Assembly: GCF_013122565.1 (NCBI RefSeq) | Contig: NZ_CP053258.1 | Length of the DNA stretch: 64,000 bases | Reading direction: 5' to 3' (one strand) | DNA from: Escherichia coli | Lineage (GTDB): Bacteria; Pseudomonadota; Gammaproteobacteria; Enterobacterales; Enterobacteriaceae | Shown here: positions 1 to 12,053 of the stretch, piece by piece | How positions within the stretch are numbered: position 1 is the stretch's first letter | Layout: every line of letters starts with the position of its first letter | Notes under the pieces: generated by a model | Databases searched by the model: none | What the model was told of the DNA's origin: nothing | The model's input: only the letters and a program-made list of their open reading frames with translations | Position numbers and translations under genes: made by a program

Positions 1-224
1 CTGACGGGTTGATTTTCCAGGATCTGAACGATCTGATCGAAGCCGTTCGCGCTGAAAACCCGGATATCCAGCAGTTTGAATGCTCGGTGTTCAACGGCGT
101 CTACGTCACCAAAGATGTTGATCAGAGCTACCTCGATTTCCTCGATACGTTACGTAATGACGACGCCAAAGCAGTGCAACGTCAGAACGAAGTGGAAAAT
201 CTCGAAATGCATAACGAAGGATGA
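1..224 (+). CDS. purF: Amidophosphoribosyltransferase, C-terminal fragment (5' end outside window)
   Basis: Translated tail ...NLEMHNEG recognised as the PurF C-terminus; directly upstream of ubiX as in the E. coli purF-ubiX operon. Confidence 0.8.
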   Translation, partial: DGLIFQDLNDLIEAVRAENPDIQQFECSVFNGVYVTKDVDQSYLDFLDTLRNDDAKAVQRQNEVENLEMHNEG

Positions 225-318
225 TGCCTTCGCTCAGGGTGCCGGTCTGGCACCCTGACTTGCAACTCCCGCCGAAATCCTGCAAAGTCTGCCTGCAAGT
301 CTGACAGGGCAACTATTT

Positions 319-888
319 ATGAAACGACTCATTGTAGGCATCAGCGGTGCCAGCGGCGCGATTTATGGCGTGCGCTTATTACAGGTTCTGCGCGATGTCA
401 CAGATATCGAAACGCATCTGGTGATGAGCCAGGCGGCGCGCCAGACCTTATCCCTCGAAACGGATTTTTCCCTGCGCGAAGTGCAGGCATTAGCCGATGT
501 CACGCACGATGCGCGCGATATTGCCGCCAGCATTTCTTCTGGTTCTTTCCAGACACTGGGGATGGTGATTTTACCCTGTTCAATCAAAACCCTTTCCGGC
601 ATTGTCCATAGCTATACCGATGGTTTACTGACCCGTGCGGCAGATGTGGTGCTGAAAGAGCGTCGCCCGTTGGTGCTCTGCGTGCGTGAAACACCATTGC
701 ACTTAGGCCATCTGCGTTTAATGACGCAGGCAGCAGAAATCGGTGCGGTGATTATGCCTCCCGTTCCGGCGTTTTATCATCGCCCGCAATCCCTTGATGA
801 TGTGATAAATCAGACGGTTAATCGTGTTCTTGACCAGTTTGCGATAACCCTTCCTGAAGATCTCTTTGCCCGCTGGCAGGGCGCATAA
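319..888 (+). CDS. ubiX: Flavin prenyltransferase UbiX (189 aa)
   Basis: ATG start; glycine-rich flavoprotein motif GISGASGAIYG near the N-terminus; conserved position after purF. Confidence 0.95.
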   Translation: MKRLIVGISGASGAIYGVRLLQVLRDVTDIETHLVMSQAARQTLSLETDFSLREVQALADVTHDARDIAASISSGSFQTLGMVILPCSIKTLSGIVHSYTDGLLTRAADVVLKERRPLVLCVRETPLHLGHLRLMTQAAEIGAVIMPPVPAFYHRPQSLDDVINQTVNRVLDQFAITLPEDLFARWQGA

Positions 889-1069
889 CTCCGCTGTTGC
901 CCTGTTTCAGGGCAATTTTGCAACCGCGATCAAATCCTCGACATTTTGTTTCTGCCATTCAATCGAAACGCTGCGATTCAACCGCTATACCTGCTATCTT
1001 CAACTTCAGGACAATAATGCAACGTCTTATTAACATATTTAACGTTGAATGTTACTGTTGTCGTCAAGA

Positions 1070-1085
1070 TGGCATAAGACCTGCA
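1070..1085 (+). promoter_or_regulatory. Candidate sigma-54 promoter upstream of argT (TGGCAT-N5-CTGCA)
   Basis: GG and GC dinucleotides with the -24/-12 spacing about 70 bp upstream of the argT ATG; argT is known to be nitrogen-regulated. Confidence 0.5.
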
Positions 1086-1153
1086 TGAAAGAGCCTGCAA
1101 ACACACAACACAATACACAACATAAAAAAGCCATTTTCACTTGAGGGTTATGT

Positions 1154-1936
1154 ATGAAGAAGTCGATTCTCGCTCTGTCTTTGTTAGTCGGTCTCTCCGC
1201 AGCGGCTTCCAGCTATGCGGCGCTACCGGAGACGGTACGTATCGGAACCGATACCACCTACGCACCGTTCTCATCGAAAGATGCTAAAGGTGATTTTGTT
1301 GGCTTTGATATCGATCTCGGTAACGAGATGTGCAAACGGATGCAGGTGAAATGTACCTGGGTTGCCAGTGACTTTGACGCGCTGATCCCCTCACTGAAAG
1401 CGAAAAAAATCGACGCCATTATTTCGTCGCTCTCCATTACCGATAAACGTCAGCAGGAGATTGCTTTCTCCGACAAGTTGTACGCCGCAGATTCTCGTTT
1501 GATTGCCGCCAAAGGTTCGCCGATTCAGCCAACGCTGGATTCACTGAAAGGTAAACATGTTGGTGTGCTGCAGGGATCAACCCAGGAAGCTTACGCTAAC
1601 GAGACCTGGCGTAGCAAAGGCGTGGATGTGGTGGCCTATGCCAACCAGGATTTGGTTTATTCCGATCTGGCTGCAGGACGTCTGGATGCTGCGTTACAAG
1701 ATGAAGTTGCTGCCAGCGAAGGATTCCTCAAGCAACCTGCTGGTAAAGACTTCGCCTTTGCTGGCTCATCAGTGAAAGACAAAAAATACTTCGGTGATGG
1801 CACCGGTGTAGGGCTACGTAAAGATGATGCTGAACTGACGGCTGCCTTCAATAAGGCGCTTGGCGAGCTGCGTCAGGACGGCACCTACGACAAGATGGCG
1901 AAAAAGTATTTCGACTTTAATGTCTACGGTGACTGA
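1154..1936 (+). CDS. argT: Lysine/arginine/ornithine periplasmic binding protein (260 aa)
   Basis: Signal peptide followed by a periplasmic binding protein fold; clear paralog of the downstream hisJ; upstream of hisJQMP. Confidence 0.95.
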   Translation: MKKSILALSLLVGLSAAASSYAALPETVRIGTDTTYAPFSSKDAKGDFVGFDIDLGNEMCKRMQVKCTWVASDFDALIPSLKAKKIDAIISSLSITDKRQQEIAFSDKLYAADSRLIAAKGSPIQPTLDSLKGKHVGVLQGSTQEAYANETWRSKGVDVVAYANQDLVYSDLAAGRLDAALQDEVAASEGFLKQPAGKDFAFAGSSVKDKKYFGDGTGVGLRKDDAELTAAFNKALGELRQDGTYDKMAKKYFDFNVYGD

Positions 1937-2156
1937 TACGTCGCAGGGAAGCTGTACCTGATGGAATGATCATCATGGTACACGCCAGGTTTGTTGCACT
2001 ATCGTGGTGCATTGAAATGCATACTTAAGCATTTTTAATGAAAAATAATACGTCTAACGGGGCGGGATATTTTGCCTTGATGGTCAATTTTATGGCACGA
2101 TAAGTGTAACAAACCTGTAAATATTCCCTATAAAAAGACTGTCAGTTGAGGACATT

Positions 2157-2939
2157 ATGAAAAAACTGGTGCTATCGCTCTCTCTGGTTCTGGCCTTCTC
2201 CAGTGCAACTGTGGCGTTTGCTGCGATTCCGCAAAACATCCGCATCGGTACCGACCCGACCTATGCGCCATTTGAATCAAAAAATTCACAAGGCGAACTG
2301 GTTGGTTTCGATATCGATCTGGCGAAGGAGTTGTGCAAGCGCATCAATACGCAATGTACGTTTGTCGAAAACCCGCTGGATGCGTTAATCCCGTCCTTAA
2401 AAGCGAAGAAGATTGACGCCATCATGTCATCGCTTTCCATTACGGAAAAACGTCAGCAAGAAATTGCCTTCACCGACAAACTGTACGCTGCCGATTCTCG
2501 TCTGGTGGTGGCGAAAAATTCCGACATTCAGCCGACAGTCGAATCGCTGAAAGGCAAGCGGGTAGGCGTATTGCAGGGCACCACCCAGGAGACGTTCGGT
2601 AACGAACACTGGGCACCAAAAGGCATTGAAATCGTCTCGTATCAGGGGCAGGACAACATTTATTCTGACCTGACTGCCGGACGTATTGATGCCGCGTTCC
2701 AGGATGAGGTCGCTGCCAGTGAAGGTTTCCTCAAACAACCCGTCGGTAAAGATTACAAATTCGGTGGCCCGTCTGTAAAAGATGAAAAACTGTTTGGCGT
2801 AGGGACCGGCATGGGCCTGCGTAAAGAAGATAACGAACTGCGCGAGGCACTGAACAAAGCCTTTGCCGAAATGCGCGCTGACGGTACTTACGAGAAATTA
2901 GCGAAAAAGTACTTCGATTTTGATGTTTATGGTGGTTAA
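2157..2939 (+). CDS. hisJ: Histidine periplasmic binding protein (260 aa)
   Basis: Signal peptide; highly similar to ArgT by eye; first gene of hisJQMP. Confidence 0.95.
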   Translation: MKKLVLSLSLVLAFSSATVAFAAIPQNIRIGTDPTYAPFESKNSQGELVGFDIDLAKELCKRINTQCTFVENPLDALIPSLKAKKIDAIMSSLSITEKRQQEIAFTDKLYAADSRLVVAKNSDIQPTVESLKGKRVGVLQGTTQETFGNEHWAPKGIEIVSYQGQDNIYSDLTAGRIDAAFQDEVAASEGFLKQPVGKDYKFGGPSVKDEKLFGVGTGMGLRKEDNELREALNKAFAEMRADGTYEKLAKKYFDFDVYGG

Positions 2940-2964
2940 TCGCCATCGGTGAAAGAAAGCCCGC

Positions 2965-2987
2965 TCCCTTCGGGTAACCGGAGGGAG
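2965..2987 (+). other. Intercistronic stem-loop between hisJ and hisQ
   Basis: Inverted repeat CTCCCT ... AGGGAG read directly between the two genes. Confidence 0.4.
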
Positions 2988-3028
2988 ACAAGAGGCGGTA
3001 ATTCACCACACACGACAGGACAGGCAGC

Positions 3029-3715
3029 ATGTTGTATGGGTTTTCAGGTGTTATTTTACAGGGTGCGCTCGTCACGCTGGAGCTGGCTATCAGCTCTGTA
3101 GTGCTCGCTGTAATCATCGGTTTAATTGGCGCTGGCGGTAAGCTCTCGCAAAATCGGCTTTCGGGGCTGATTTTCGAAGGGTACACCACGCTGATTCGAG
3201 GCGTGCCGGACTTGGTGTTGATGCTGCTGATTTTCTACGGTTTGCAGATTGCACTAAACACGGTGACGGAGGCGATGGGCGTCGGGCAGATTGATATCGA
3301 TCCGATGGTCGCTGGTATTATTACTCTCGGTTTTATCTACGGTGCTTATTTTACCGAAACGTTCCGTGGTGCTTTTATGGCAGTGCCGAAAGGACATATA
3401 GAGGCGGCGACGGCGTTCGGTTTTACTCGTGGGCAAGTGTTTCGGCGGATCATGTTTCCGGCGATGATGCGTTACGCCCTGCCAGGCATTGGCAACAACT
3501 GGCAGGTGATCCTCAAATCTACCGCACTGGTTTCGTTACTCGGCCTGGAAGATGTGGTCAAAGCCACGCAGCTGGCAGGCAAAAGTACCTGGGAACCGTT
3601 CTATTTCGCCATCGTCTGTGGCGTGATTTACCTGGTTTTCACCACCGTTTCCAATGGTGTGCTGCTGTTCCTTGAGCGCCGCTACTCTGTGGGTGTGAAG
3701 AGGGCTGACCTGTGA
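3029..3715 (+). CDS. hisQ: Histidine ABC transporter permease (228 aa)
   Basis: Polytopic membrane protein; stop overlaps the hisM start (ATGA), indicating translational coupling. Confidence 0.95.
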   Translation: MLYGFSGVILQGALVTLELAISSVVLAVIIGLIGAGGKLSQNRLSGLIFEGYTTLIRGVPDLVLMLLIFYGLQIALNTVTEAMGVGQIDIDPMVAGIITLGFIYGAYFTETFRGAFMAVPKGHIEAATAFGFTRGQVFRRIMFPAMMRYALPGIGNNWQVILKSTALVSLLGLEDVVKATQLAGKSTWEPFYFAIVCGVIYLVFTTVSNGVLLFLERRYSVGVKRADL

Positions 3716-4428
3716 TCGAAATCTTACATGAATACTGGAAACCGCTGCTGTGGACCGACGGTTATCGCTTTACTGGTGTGGCGATCACTCTGTGGCTGCT
3801 TATTTTGTCGGTAGTGATAGGCGGAGTCCTGGCGCTGTTTCTGGCGATTGGTCGTGTCTCCAGTAATAAATACATCCAGTTTCCAATCTGGTTATTTACC
3901 TATATTTTTCGCGGTACGCCGCTGTATGTTCAGTTGCTGGTGTTCTATTCCGGCATGTATACGCTGGAGATTGTTAAGGGGACCGAGTTTCTTAACGCCT
4001 TTTTCCGCAGTGGCCTGAACTGTACCGTGCTGGCGCTGACGCTTAACACCTGCGCTTACACTACCGAGATTTTTGCTGGGGCAATCCGTTCGGTTCCGCA
4101 TGGGGAAATTGAAGCCGCCAGAGCCTATGGTTTCTCGACCTTTAAAATGTATCGCTGCATTATTTTGCCTTCTGCGCTGCGTATTGCGTTACCGGCATAC
4201 AGCAACGAAGTGATCCTGATGCTGCACTCTACTGCGCTGGCATTTACTGCCACGGTGCCGGATCTGCTGAAAATAGCCCGCGATATTAACGCCGCCACGT
4301 ATCAACCTTTTACTGCCTTCGGCATTGCCGCGGTGCTCTATTTAATTATCTCTTATGTCCTGATCAGCCTCTTTCGCAGAGCGGAAAAACGCTGGTTGCA
4401 GCATGTGAAACCTTCTTCAACGCACTGA
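3712..4428 (+). CDS. hisM: Histidine ABC transporter permease (238 aa)
   Basis: Hydrophobic permease paralogous to HisQ; operon context. Confidence 0.95.
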   Translation: MIEILHEYWKPLLWTDGYRFTGVAITLWLLILSVVIGGVLALFLAIGRVSSNKYIQFPIWLFTYIFRGTPLYVQLLVFYSGMYTLEIVKGTEFLNAFFRSGLNCTVLALTLNTCAYTTEIFAGAIRSVPHGEIEAARAYGFSTFKMYRCIILPSALRIALPAYSNEVILMLHSTALAFTATVPDLLKIARDINAATYQPFTAFGIAAVLYLIISYVLISLFRRAEKRWLQHVKPSSTH

Positions 4429-4435
4429 GAATACG

Positions 4436-5209
4436 ATGTCCGAGAATAAATTAAACGTTATCGATTTGCACAAACGCTACGGCGAACATGAAGTGCTGAA
4501 AGGGGTATCACTGCAAGCGAATGCCGGAGATGTAATAAGCATCATCGGATCGTCGGGATCGGGGAAAAGTACCTTTCTGCGCTGCATTAACTTCCTCGAA
4601 AAACCGAGTGAAGGGTCGATCGTGGTCAATGGCCAGACGATCAATCTGGTGCGCGACAAAGACGGTCAACTCAAAGTCGCCGATAAAAATCAGCTGCGCT
4701 TACTGCGCACACGCCTGACGATGGTATTCCAGCACTTCAATCTCTGGAGCCATATGACGGTGCTGGAAAACGTCATGGAAGCGCCGATTCAGGTGTTGGG
4801 CCTGAGCAAGCAGGAAGCGCGCGAGCGGGCGGTGAAGTATCTGGCAAAAGTCGGGATAGACGAACGTGCACAGGGGAAATATCCGGTGCATCTTTCCGGC
4901 GGTCAGCAACAGCGTGTTTCTATCGCGCGGGCGCTGGCGATGGAACCGGAAGTTTTACTGTTTGATGAACCTACCTCGGCGCTCGATCCTGAACTGGTAG
5001 GCGAAGTGTTGCGCATTATGCAGCAACTGGCAGAAGAGGGGAAAACCATGGTGGTAGTGACCCACGAAATGGGCTTTGCTCGCCATGTTTCTACTCACGT
5101 CATTTTCCTCCATCAGGGGAAAATAGAAGAAGAGGGCGCGCCGGAGCAGTTATTTGGCAACCCGCAAAGTCCTCGTCTGCAACAGTTCCTTAAAGGTTCG
5201 CTGAAATAA
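4436..5209 (+). CDS. hisP: Histidine ABC transporter ATP-binding protein (257 aa)
   Basis: Walker [13 protein letters not shown] signature LSGGQQQR and Walker B LLFDEP are all present. Confidence 0.95.
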   Translation: MSENKLNVIDLHKRYGEHEVLKGVSLQANAGDVISIIGSSGSGKSTFLRCINFLEKPSEGSIVVNGQTINLVRDKDGQLKVADKNQLRLLRTRLTMVFQHFNLWSHMTVLENVMEAPIQVLGLSKQEARERAVKYLAKVGIDERAQGKYPVHLSGGQQQRVSIARALAMEPEVLLFDEPTSALDPELVGEVLRIMQQLAEEGKTMVVVTHEMGFARHVSTHVIFLHQGKIEEEGAPEQLFGNPQSPRLQQFLKGSLK

Positions 5210-5405
5210 TTTCCTCTCCGGTGGCTAACGCTGCCGGAGTATTTTCAAGGGGAATTTGCGAGTCCGCTTCCGCTGAAATGTAAAAGTTGCAGTCCGCTAA
5301 AAATAGTTCTGAATTCGCTGTCCAAAGATAAAAACTGACTGCTGCATTGGGTGTAAATCGTGGTTATTGTCGCGTCATCTTAAATTTGAGGGGTGACGGA
5401 ACGCC

Positions 5406-6296
5406 ATGACAATATCGACAACTTCCACGCCGCATGATGCGGTATTTAAATCTTTTTTACGCCATCCAGACACCGCGCGGGATTTTATTGATATTCATCT
5501 TCCCGCGCCGCTGCGCAAACTGTGTGATTTAACAACGCTTAAACTGGAACCAAACAGTTTTATTGATGAAGACCTGCGGCAATATTATTCCGACCTCTTG
5601 TGGTCTGTGAAAACGCAGGAGGGAGCGGGTTATATTTATGTAGTGATAGAGCACCAAAGTAAGCCGGAAGAATTAATGGCTTTTCGCATGATGCGCTATT
5701 CCATTGCGGCGATGCAAAACCATCTTGATGCAGGCTATAAAGAGCTTCCATTGGTGATCCCGATGCTGTTTTATCATGGTTGCAGAAGCCCTTATCCATA
5801 TTCACTCTGCTGGCTTGATGAATTTGCCGAGCCTGCGATTGCCCGCAAAATTTATTCATCGGCTTTTCCGCTGGTGGATATTACCGTGGTGCCGGATGAC
5901 GAGATTATGCAACATCGCAAAATGGCGCTGTTGGAGTTAATTCAGAAACATATTCGTCAGCGCGATCTGTTGGGATTAGTCGACCAAATTGTTTCGCTGC
6001 TAGTTACAGGGAACACTAATGACAGACAGCTAAAAGCCCTGTTTAATTACGTATTACAAACGGGGGATGCCCAGCGTTTCCGTGCATTTATTGGTGAGAT
6101 AGCGGAACGCGCACCACAAGAAAAGGAGAAACTGATGACCATTGCTGACAGATTACGTGAAGAAGGCGCAATGCAGGGCAAACACGAAGAAGCCCTGCGT
6201 ATTGCTCAGGAGATGCTGGAAAAAGGATTTGACTACGAAGTCATCCTGACGCTGACCCGACTTTCGCCAGACGATCTTATCGCGCAAAGCCACTAA
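5406..6296 (+). CDS. rpnB: Recombination-promoting nuclease RpnB, transposase-like PD-(D/E)XK family (296 aa)
   Basis: Recognised as YfcI/RpnB (YhgA-like); single gene with no flanking inverted repeats, so not an active IS. Confidence 0.8.
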   Translation: MTISTTSTPHDAVFKSFLRHPDTARDFIDIHLPAPLRKLCDLTTLKLEPNSFIDEDLRQYYSDLLWSVKTQEGAGYIYVVIEHQSKPEELMAFRMMRYSIAAMQNHLDAGYKELPLVIPMLFYHGCRSPYPYSLCWLDEFAEPAIARKIYSSAFPLVDITVVPDDEIMQHRKMALLELIQKHIRQRDLLGLVDQIVSLLVTGNTNDRQLKALFNYVLQTGDAQRFRAFIGEIAERAPQEKEKLMTIADRLREEGAMQGKHEEALRIAQEMLEKGFDYEVILTLTRLSPDDLIAQSH

Positions 6297-6343
6297 TCCT
6301 GTAACACCGGGAGTTAACTGGCGGATGTTTGCAGTAAACCACA

Positions 6344-7237
6344 TCAGCGAACGACATCCGCCAGCGCCTCTTCTAAATCGTACCAGCGAAACGCAAAACC
6401 CGCTTCTTCCAGCCGTTTAGGCAGCGCGCGTTGTCCACCTAATACCAGTACTGAAGATTCGCCCATTAACAGCCGAATGGCGGTTGCGGGGACGCGCAAA
6501 ATAGCCGGGCGATGCAGCGCATGACCGAGCGCATGGGCAAATTGTTCATGGCGTATCGGGTAGGGCGAAACCATATTAAATGGCCCGCGCAGCTCGTTAT
6601 CCAGCAGCCAGAGAATGCCGTTGACCATATCATCAATATGAATCCAGGCCAGATACTGCCGACCGGAACCAATCGGCCCGCCCAGGCCAAGACGAAACGG
6701 CGGCAGCATTTTACCGAGAATACCACCGTCTGGTGCCAGCACTACGCCGGTACGCAGCAGGCACACTCGCGTTTTGTCACTTTGTGCCCGACAGGCAATT
6801 TCTTCCCAGCGGGCGCAGAGTTTATGGGTAAATTCGTTATGCGGCGGTTCCTCTTCGGTAACCACCACTTCACCTAAGTCGCCATAAAAGCCCGTTGCCG
6901 AGCCGGAAATGAGTACCGACGGTGGCGTGTCGCTGGCATTAATCAAATCGACCAGTTTTTGCGTGATATTCCAGCGGCTTTGGCAGAGACGCTCTTTTTG
7001 CTCGTGAGTCCAGCGTTTATCAGCAATCGGTTCTCCGGCCAGGTTGATTACCGCATCAACGCCGTTGAGGTTGCTTTGATCGGCAAGCCCTTGCCATAGT
7101 GTCACCTGCGGCCCGAGCACGGAACTGGCTTTCTGCGGGTTACGCGTCACTACCGTGATTTTATGGCCCAGATCCAGCAAACGCGGAATCAAATGGCGAC
7201 CAATTAATCCCGTCCCTCCGGTGATCACTATGTTCAT
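6344..7237 (-). CDS. yfcH: NAD-dependent epimerase/dehydratase family protein YfcH (297 aa)
   Basis: N-terminal Rossmann motif [12 protein letters not shown]; conserved position next to folX. Confidence 0.85.
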   Translation of the reverse strand: MNIVITGGTGLIGRHLIPRLLDLGHKITVVTRNPQKASSVLGPQVTLWQGLADQSNLNGVDAVINLAGEPIADKRWTHEQKERLCQSRWNITQKLVDLINASDTPPSVLISGSATGFYGDLGEVVVTEEEPPHNEFTHKLCARWEEIACRAQSDKTRVCLLRTGVVLAPDGGILGKMLPPFRLGLGGPIGSGRQYLAWIHIDDMVNGILWLLDNELRGPFNMVSPYPIRHEQFAHALGHALHRPAILRVPATAIRLLMGESSVLVLGGQRALPKRLEEAGFAFRWYDLEEALADVVR

Positions 7238-7257
7238 GCAGCCTCCCGATATGGCGG

Positions 7258-7620
7258 TTAACGCTGCCAGCTTAAGGTCATGGATACCGAATCAGCGTAG
7301 CGCAGCGCGTGCAGTTTATCGATCTCCACTTCAGCATACGTCACCCAGTGATGTTCACGTGCGATATCGAGCACATCCTGAGTTAATTTTTCCAGCAAAG
7401 AGAAACGGTTATTCTCTACATGCTGAATAATGTTTTTCGTTACGGTGCGATAATTCAGCGCATCGTTGATATCTTCGCTGGTGCGCGCTTTATCGGCGGG
7501 GTAGTGGATCGTCACATTGATAACAATATCCTGACGGTTGTTAATTTCTTCTTCCTTAATTCCGATAAACGTACGTAAACGAAGGTTCTTTATACGAATA
7601 ATAGCGGCAGGTTGTGCCAT
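7258..7620 (-). CDS. folX: Dihydroneopterin triphosphate 2'-epimerase (120 aa)
   Basis: Translated sequence recognised as FolX; size and neighbourhood agree. Confidence 0.9.
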
Positions 7621-7676
7621 TGCAGGTTCTCCGTTGTTTTACTTAGGATGAAATAATACACGAGAACCTGTTTCTG

Positions 7677-9153
<1,477 letters not shown>

Positions 9154-9156
9154 TGA

Positions 9157-9711
9157 GTGATGAAACTGATGTTTGCATCGGACATTCATGGGTCGTTACC
9201 GGCGACGGAACGTGTTCTGGAGTTGTTTGCCCAAAGCGGTGCCCACTGGCTGGTGATCCTTGGCGACGTGTTGAATCACGGCCCGCGTAATGCTTTACCG
9301 GAGGGTTACGCGCCAGCCAAAGTCGCTGAACGGCTTAATGAAGTGGCACATAAGGTTATCGCTGTGCGCGGCAACTGCGACAGCGAAGTGGATCAAATGC
9401 TGCTGCATTTCCCAATAACCGCGCCGTGGCAACAGGTATTACTGGAAAAACAACGTCTGTTTTTGACGCATGGTCATCTTTTTGGCCCGGAAAATCTGCC
9501 TGCTTTAAACCAGAACGATGTGCTGGTGTACGGCCATACCCATCTGCCAGTGGCAGAACAGCGGGGGGAGATTTTCCACTTCAACCCCGGCTCGGTGAGT
9601 ATTCCGAAAGGCGGTAATCCGGCGAGTTATGGCATGCTGGATAATGACGTACTTAGTGTAATCGCACTCAATGATCAAAGTATCATTGCGCAGGTCGCGA
9701 TTAATCCGTAA
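9157..9711 (+). CDS. yfcE: Mn-dependent phosphodiesterase YfcE, calcineurin-like (184 aa)
   Basis: Metallophosphoesterase motifs DIHG, GDVLNHG and GHTH; apparent GTG start. Confidence 0.85.
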   Translation: MMKLMFASDIHGSLPATERVLELFAQSGAHWLVILGDVLNHGPRNALPEGYAPAKVAERLNEVAHKVIAVRGNCDSEVDQMLLHFPITAPWQQVLLEKQRLFLTHGHLFGPENLPALNQNDVLVYGHTHLPVAEQRGEIFHFNPGSVSIPKGGNPASYGMLDNDVLSVIALNDQSIIAQVAINP

Positions 9712-9768
9712 TTTACCCACAACTCAAAATGCGCCGTAAGAGCGCCAGAAAAAGAAGGTTTCCTGATA

Positions 9769-10311
9769 ATGGAACAGCGTCGTTTGGCAAGTACTGAATG
9801 GGTGGATATTGTCAATGAAGAGAACGAAGTCATTGCACAAGCCAGCCGGGAACAAATGCGGGCACAGTGTCTGCGTCATCGTGCAACTTACATCGTCGTG
9901 CATGATGGCATGGGCAAAATTCTGGTCCAGCGTCGTACCGAGACAAAAGACTTTTTACCCGGCATGTTAGATGCGACCGCAGGCGGTGTAGTCCAGGCCG
10001 ATGAGCAACTGCTGGAATCCGCGCGTCGCGAAGCGGAAGAAGAGTTGGGCATTGCCGGTGTCCCCTTTGCCGAGCACGGGCAGTTCTATTTCGAAGATAA
10101 AAATTGCCGTGTCTGGGGCGCGTTGTTCAGTTGCGTCTCTCACGGTCCCTTCGCCCTACAGGAAGATGAAGTCAGTGAAGTTTGCTGGCTGACGCCGGAA
10201 GAAATCACCGCACGCTGCGATGAGTTCACTCCAGACTCGCTGAAAGCGCTGGCGTTGTGGATGAAGCGCAATGCCAAAAATGAAGCCGTAGAGACTGAAA
10301 CGGCAGAATGA
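9769..10311 (+). CDS. yfcD: Nudix hydrolase YfcD (180 aa)
   Basis: Nudix-box-like REAEEELG segment; conserved locus. Confidence 0.85.
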
Positions 10312-10316
10312 AAAAA

Positions 10317-10334
10317 GAGCCGCAATTGCGGCTC
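10317..10334. terminator. Palindromic hairpin between convergent yfcD and yfcC (likely bidirectional terminator)
   Basis: Perfect palindrome GAGCCGCAATTGCGGCTC flanked by A/T runs. Confidence 0.6.
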
Positions 10335-10343
10335 TTAACATTT

Positions 10344-11864
10344 TTAGTGGTAGCCCATCAACTGAGCGCCGATCACTACGACGCTGGACATAATAAACAG
10401 CAGTCCAAGCAGGGTCGCGCCCACCTTCAGCCAGTTACGGAAGTCCACCCGGCACACACCGAGCGTTGCCATTAACGAAGCTGAGGTTGGGTAAATGATG
10501 TGGCTGAAGCCATCACCAAACTGGAACGCCAGCACGGTAACCTGACGGTTAACACCGACCAGATCGCCAAGCGGTGCCAGTAACGGCATAGTTAACGCCG
10601 CCTGACCAGAACCGGACGTCACGAAGAAATTAAATACTGCCTGGAAGAGCAACATAAACCAGGCCGCGACCGCATTGTCCAGACCGCTAATGGCATTGGC
10701 AATGCTGTTGAGGATGGTATTTAACACGCTGGCATCACCCGCTTCACCATTACCGACCAGCAGCAAAATCCCTTTGGCGAAACCCACCAGCAGGGCAGGG
10801 GCGATCATCATTCGCGCCCCTTCGGTAAAGGATGAAGCCATGGTATTAACCGTCATGCCGTTAAGGCGGAAAACAACGCCGATGATGCCAATCACCAGAC
10901 CCATGGTGAAGAACTGGCTGGCAATTTCAGGAATAAACCAGGCATTAACGATCACGCCCCAAATCACCCAGACCATTACGGCGGTCAGGACAATTAATAC
11001 CAGCCAGTCACCAAAGGTAAACGGACGTTGTTCAACATCCGCCTGCTTTTCACGAAAGAAGCGGTCGGACTCATGCACGCGTGACAGAAGAGGATTCTTT
11101 TTCACACGTGAGGCGTACACCATGGTAAAGATCAGGCCAATCAGAGTGGCGATAACCCACACCACGATGCGCAACCCGGAGCCAGAAAGCACCGGAACGC
11201 CGGCAATCCCCTGAGCAACGACCACACAAAACGGGTTCATCCACGAACTGGCAAAACCGATTTGCGTGGCGATATAGGTCACCAGGACGGTGGTAATACT
11301 GTCATAGCCCAGCCGGACCATTAGCGGTGCGATGATAATGGCAAAGGCGACGGCCTCTTCTCCCATACCAAATACCGCGCCGCCAAGTGAAAACAGGATA
11401 AAGAGCGCAGGAATAAAGAGAATTTCATTCCCACGGGTATGGCGAATAAGCGCCAGGATACCGTTATCAATGGTTCCTGTACGCATCACAATGCCAAACG
11501 CGCCGCCAATCACCAGCATAAACATGATGATGCCAACGGCTGTCCCGTATTTCGATCCTGAGGTTAACCCTTCAAACGGGAAGTTCATCAGGCCCGGGCG
11601 TTCATCGCCCGTCGTGAACAGCTGTACGCGGTGATACTCAGGTTCGCCTGCTTCGTTAGTCAGAATGCGAAATGAGTGTGGATCTACGACTTTGCGTGTT
11701 TTTGTTTGACCATCAACCTGATACTGCACTTCCTGACTGTCAAACATCCCCACCGGAACTACCCAGGTGGCAAGACTGGTTAAAATGGCAACAAAAAAGA
11801 TAATCACCAACGTATCGGGCATTGCCCATCTTCTGGTTGGTTTGGATTCAGTGATTGCGGACAT
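10344..11864 (-). CDS. yfcC: Putative inner-membrane transporter YfcC (506 aa)
   Basis: Polytopic membrane protein; the track ORF begins at a GTG (11885), but the in-frame ATG at 11864 has an AAGGGAA Shine-Dalgarno 8 nt upstream. Confidence 0.8.
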   Translation of the reverse strand: MSAITESKPTRRWAMPDTLVIIFFVAILTSLATWVVPVGMFDSQEVQYQVDGQTKTRKVVDPHSFRILTNEAGEPEYHRVQLFTTGDERPGLMNFPFEGLTSGSKYGTAVGIIMFMLVIGGAFGIVMRTGTIDNGILALIRHTRGNEILFIPALFILFSLGGAVFGMGEEAVAFAIIIAPLMVRLGYDSITTVLVTYIATQIGFASSWMNPFCVVVAQGIAGVPVLSGSGLRIVVWVIATLIGLIFTMVYASRVKKNPLLSRVHESDRFFREKQADVEQRPFTFGDWLVLIVLTAVMVWVIWGVIVNAWFIPEIASQFFTMGLVIGIIGVVFRLNGMTVNTMASSFTEGARMMIAPALLVGFAKGILLLVGNGEAGDASVLNTILNSIANAISGLDNAVAAWFMLLFQAVFNFFVTSGSGQAALTMPLLAPLGDLVGVNRQVTVLAFQFGDGFSHIIYPTSASLMATLGVCRVDFRNWLKVGATLLGLLFIMSSVVVIGAQLMGYH

Positions 11865-11982
11865 AGCGCAAATATTCCCTTGCACAAAACAAAGTGGTAA
11901 GTATGCAAAGTGAGATGGCGCAATTCATTGATGCAGCGCAGTTAAGCAAGATAATCAGAAAGGATTAATGCAAATTAAGAGA

Positions 11983-12013
11983 ATAAAAAACCGGAAATAG
12001 TCACTATTTCCGG
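11983..12013 (-). terminator. Rho-independent terminator downstream of pta
   Basis: Hairpin CCGGAAATAG/CTATTTCCGG followed on the minus strand by a U-run. Confidence 0.6.
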
Positions 12014-12053
12014 TTCCGATATCCGCAGCGCAAAGCTGCGGATGATGACGAGA

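Noticed and set aside
897-1088. 63-aa ORF in the ubiX-argT intergenic region
   Set aside because: It overlaps the candidate argT sigma-54 promoter, has no ribosome-binding site and a Cys/Arg-rich improbable composition.
5406-6296. Possible insertion sequence (transposase-like yfcI/rpnB)
   Set aside because: No terminal inverted repeats or direct repeats were visible around the gene, so it reads as a domesticated nuclease gene rather than a mobile element; it is kept as a CDS.
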